DNA of 64,000 bases from Phoronis australis (lineage: Eukaryota; Animalia; Phoronida), in assembly GCA_002633005.1 (NCBI GenBank), contig NMRA01000796.1, positions 18,389 through 82,388 on the forward strand, given 5' to 3'. Positions 62,003 through 64,000 of the stretch are shown here, piece by piece; within the stretch, counting starts at the first letter, position 1; each line of letters starts with the position of its first letter. The notes below the pieces were generated by a model that saw only the letters and a program-made list of their open reading frames with translations, was not told where the DNA came from and ran no database searches. The position numbers and the translations under genes were made by a program.

Positions 62003-64000
62003 ATTTGGACCATATGAACAAGTAACGAACACAGAACACATAGTGCACAAGCAACAGCAAGGTAACACAGTAAGCTACTACGGAAAAGGTAACACAGTAA
62101 GCTACTACGGAAAATTAACGGTGGACAGAACATGAGGCCTGCTGGTTGCGTGACCTCATGATTAATAATGAAAGAAAAATCAGGATCTGCGGACTGTTAA
62201 GCTGAAATATTTAAAACATTTGGAGATGTTGTATTGTTATAAATAAAACAGCCATCAGGTTTCAGATCAAACTTTTCATTATCCGCACCATCTGAAGCAA
62301 AAATGCCGGACAGACCGAAATCTGTCTCTCCTAGGTCACTTGGAGAAAGTGACTGAGTAGCCAGCATAGGGTTGGAGTCAGGATTTGTAATCACTTGCCT
62401 AGTTCCAACACATTTGTCTACTTTGGGAAGAAATGCAAGTGCACTCTTCTTAACCTTTATGGTCTCTGGAACGGACTCACCAATTGAAGCTGCAGGAGAG
62501 ACACAGACGTTCCTAGTCACTGTATGAAATCGGGCTGAGACAGCCCCCCTGGAGTTAGTGGGACATTCTGTGAAACAGTAACTGCAACATCTTGAGTAAT
62601 CAATGAGTCATATGCAATATTATCAACTGATGAGTCTGGAACTTCAATACAATCTACTGGATTAGATACAGTACTATCATCTTCAGTTGAAGGTACAGAG
62701 AACTCACCAGCAGTCTGAGTAGATGACTCAGCTGTCTTGGAAAGGAAAGCCTCAGTCGAACTAGTACGTTTCATGAATTTCTGAACCGATTTTTTCAAGA
62801 AACCTAACAGGCCAACTACTTTCTTACTGTCAGGGAGGTCAAAATTCATTCGATGAGCTGAAACATAATTCCAACAAGCCGACTGGTAATGACCCAGCTT
62901 TCCACACCTGAAACACCTGGGAGGAGGATTAGAAGATCTTCCCGGAGATGAACTCAGTGAAACTCTTGGTGAAGATGGAGAAGGTCGCTTCGGCGACTGT
63001 CTGTAACATTGCAAACAACTTGTTAAAATTGTTTGATACTTCCCTCCGATTTTCTAAAAGGTCAGACTTCAACTCATCCATCTTCTTATGAAGCTTAGCA
63101 TTGTCAGTCATAAGGAATGAAACCGAGGCATCTAAGTCATTACACATACCCTCAAGAACATCTAATCGAGACTCTAAGGAGCCACAAGGAATGAACTTAA
63201 GAGCTGGCTTCTTGGTTACTTGGCGAACAGCAACTTCATCTTCTTCCATATTCCCTTCTCTACAAAAAGATACTGACTTCGGTGAATTGGAAATAGCCAT
63301 CAAGTCTTTGGTTGTTGAAAACCACCTAGCGGCATTCAAGGCAGCCATGAGTGTACTTGGTCGATTGTTTATAGCCAGCTGCGCAACCTCTCTATCCCGT
63401 AGACCTAAACAGAACCGAAGAACTGCCTGAGCTTCATCAGAGTCCCTCGCCTCTGGAAAGGCCAACAAGAATAAACTTGTAAGATGGTCAGCCCATTGTT
63501 CTAAGGACTCGTCAGAAGTCTGCTTGGCTGACTGGAACCTAAGTTGGTGCACTTCATTGCACTCGACATCTGCCCCAAAATGATAGGTCATATGATCCAC
63601 AATTTGGTCGAAACTTGAGTGTGGATGAGCTTTAATATGGTTGAAAAACTAACGAGAGGCATCACCTTCCAAGCACATGCCCAGCTCCGTTCTACATTTT
63701 TGACCTGACCAAAAATTGTCTCGGTCAACATTACTGAATTTCCATAGAGAGTCCTCCTATGTACCTAACTTGCCACTAAAGATTAGGTTGCGTGGGAGAC
63801 GTGACAGGTAATGAGTGCCAGAGCCAGAGGGCGTAGGTGACATGCTAGTATGCGAATGAGTCTGTGCATAAGCAACGCCACTACCAGTCTGTGACGACGG
63901 AGTCCGTTTAGCTGCCAACTTGGAAAATGAATAGTCAGGGCTATAGGTAAGTATTGATGAGGTTTTCTTACCATATTCGTCACAAACCTCGACTACTTCC
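61501..64000 (-). mobile_element. Degenerate Gypsy-type LTR retroelement (gag only visible), in the intron of the right-hand THAP gene
   Basis: Frameshifted gag (62929-63600, 62517-63014) with a CCHC knuckle CFRCGKLGHYQSAC. Polypurine tract AGGGAGGGGAGGAA (61625-61612) abuts a TGT...ACA candidate LTR at 61611-61501. No pol between gag and PPT. Confidence 0.7.
61911..62001. repeat. (TA)n microsatellite
   Basis: Read directly. Confidence 0.95.

Overview
Repeat-rich, AT-rich genomic DNA from an animal, probably a marine invertebrate, with four assembly gaps or single Ns. The main gene is on the minus strand: a xanthine dehydrogenase/aldehyde oxidase-family molybdoflavoenzyme with 26 coding exons traced by hand (50349 to 13548, about 1168 aa). 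About 165 aa of its Moco domain are not visible near two gaps. It keeps the Fe-S motifs, the catalytic Glu (GEPP) and the NAD-site Tyr, but has lost both purine-binding residues (Glu802->Gln, Arg880->Leu) and several others, so it looks like an XDH paralog turned aldehyde-oxidase-like. Its introns 2 and 3 are U12-type. Converging on its 3' end is a plus-strand THAP + ZFP91-type C2H2 zinc-finger gene whose large exon is split by a transposon end. Upstream of the oxidase gene, a ~7.6 kb modular inverted repeat rich in TGACGTCA separates it from a second, divergently oriented THAP first exon whose splice phase fits the left-hand gene. Mobile DNA includes two Kolobok-type elements, Helentron/HINE-like repeats carrying CTCF-like motif arrays, Harbinger and CACTA-like MITEs, a Penelope remnant with a hammerhead-like motif, Gypsy fragments and tRNA-derived SINEs. 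All alignments were done by eye, and reference residue numbers (bovine XOR) are from memory.
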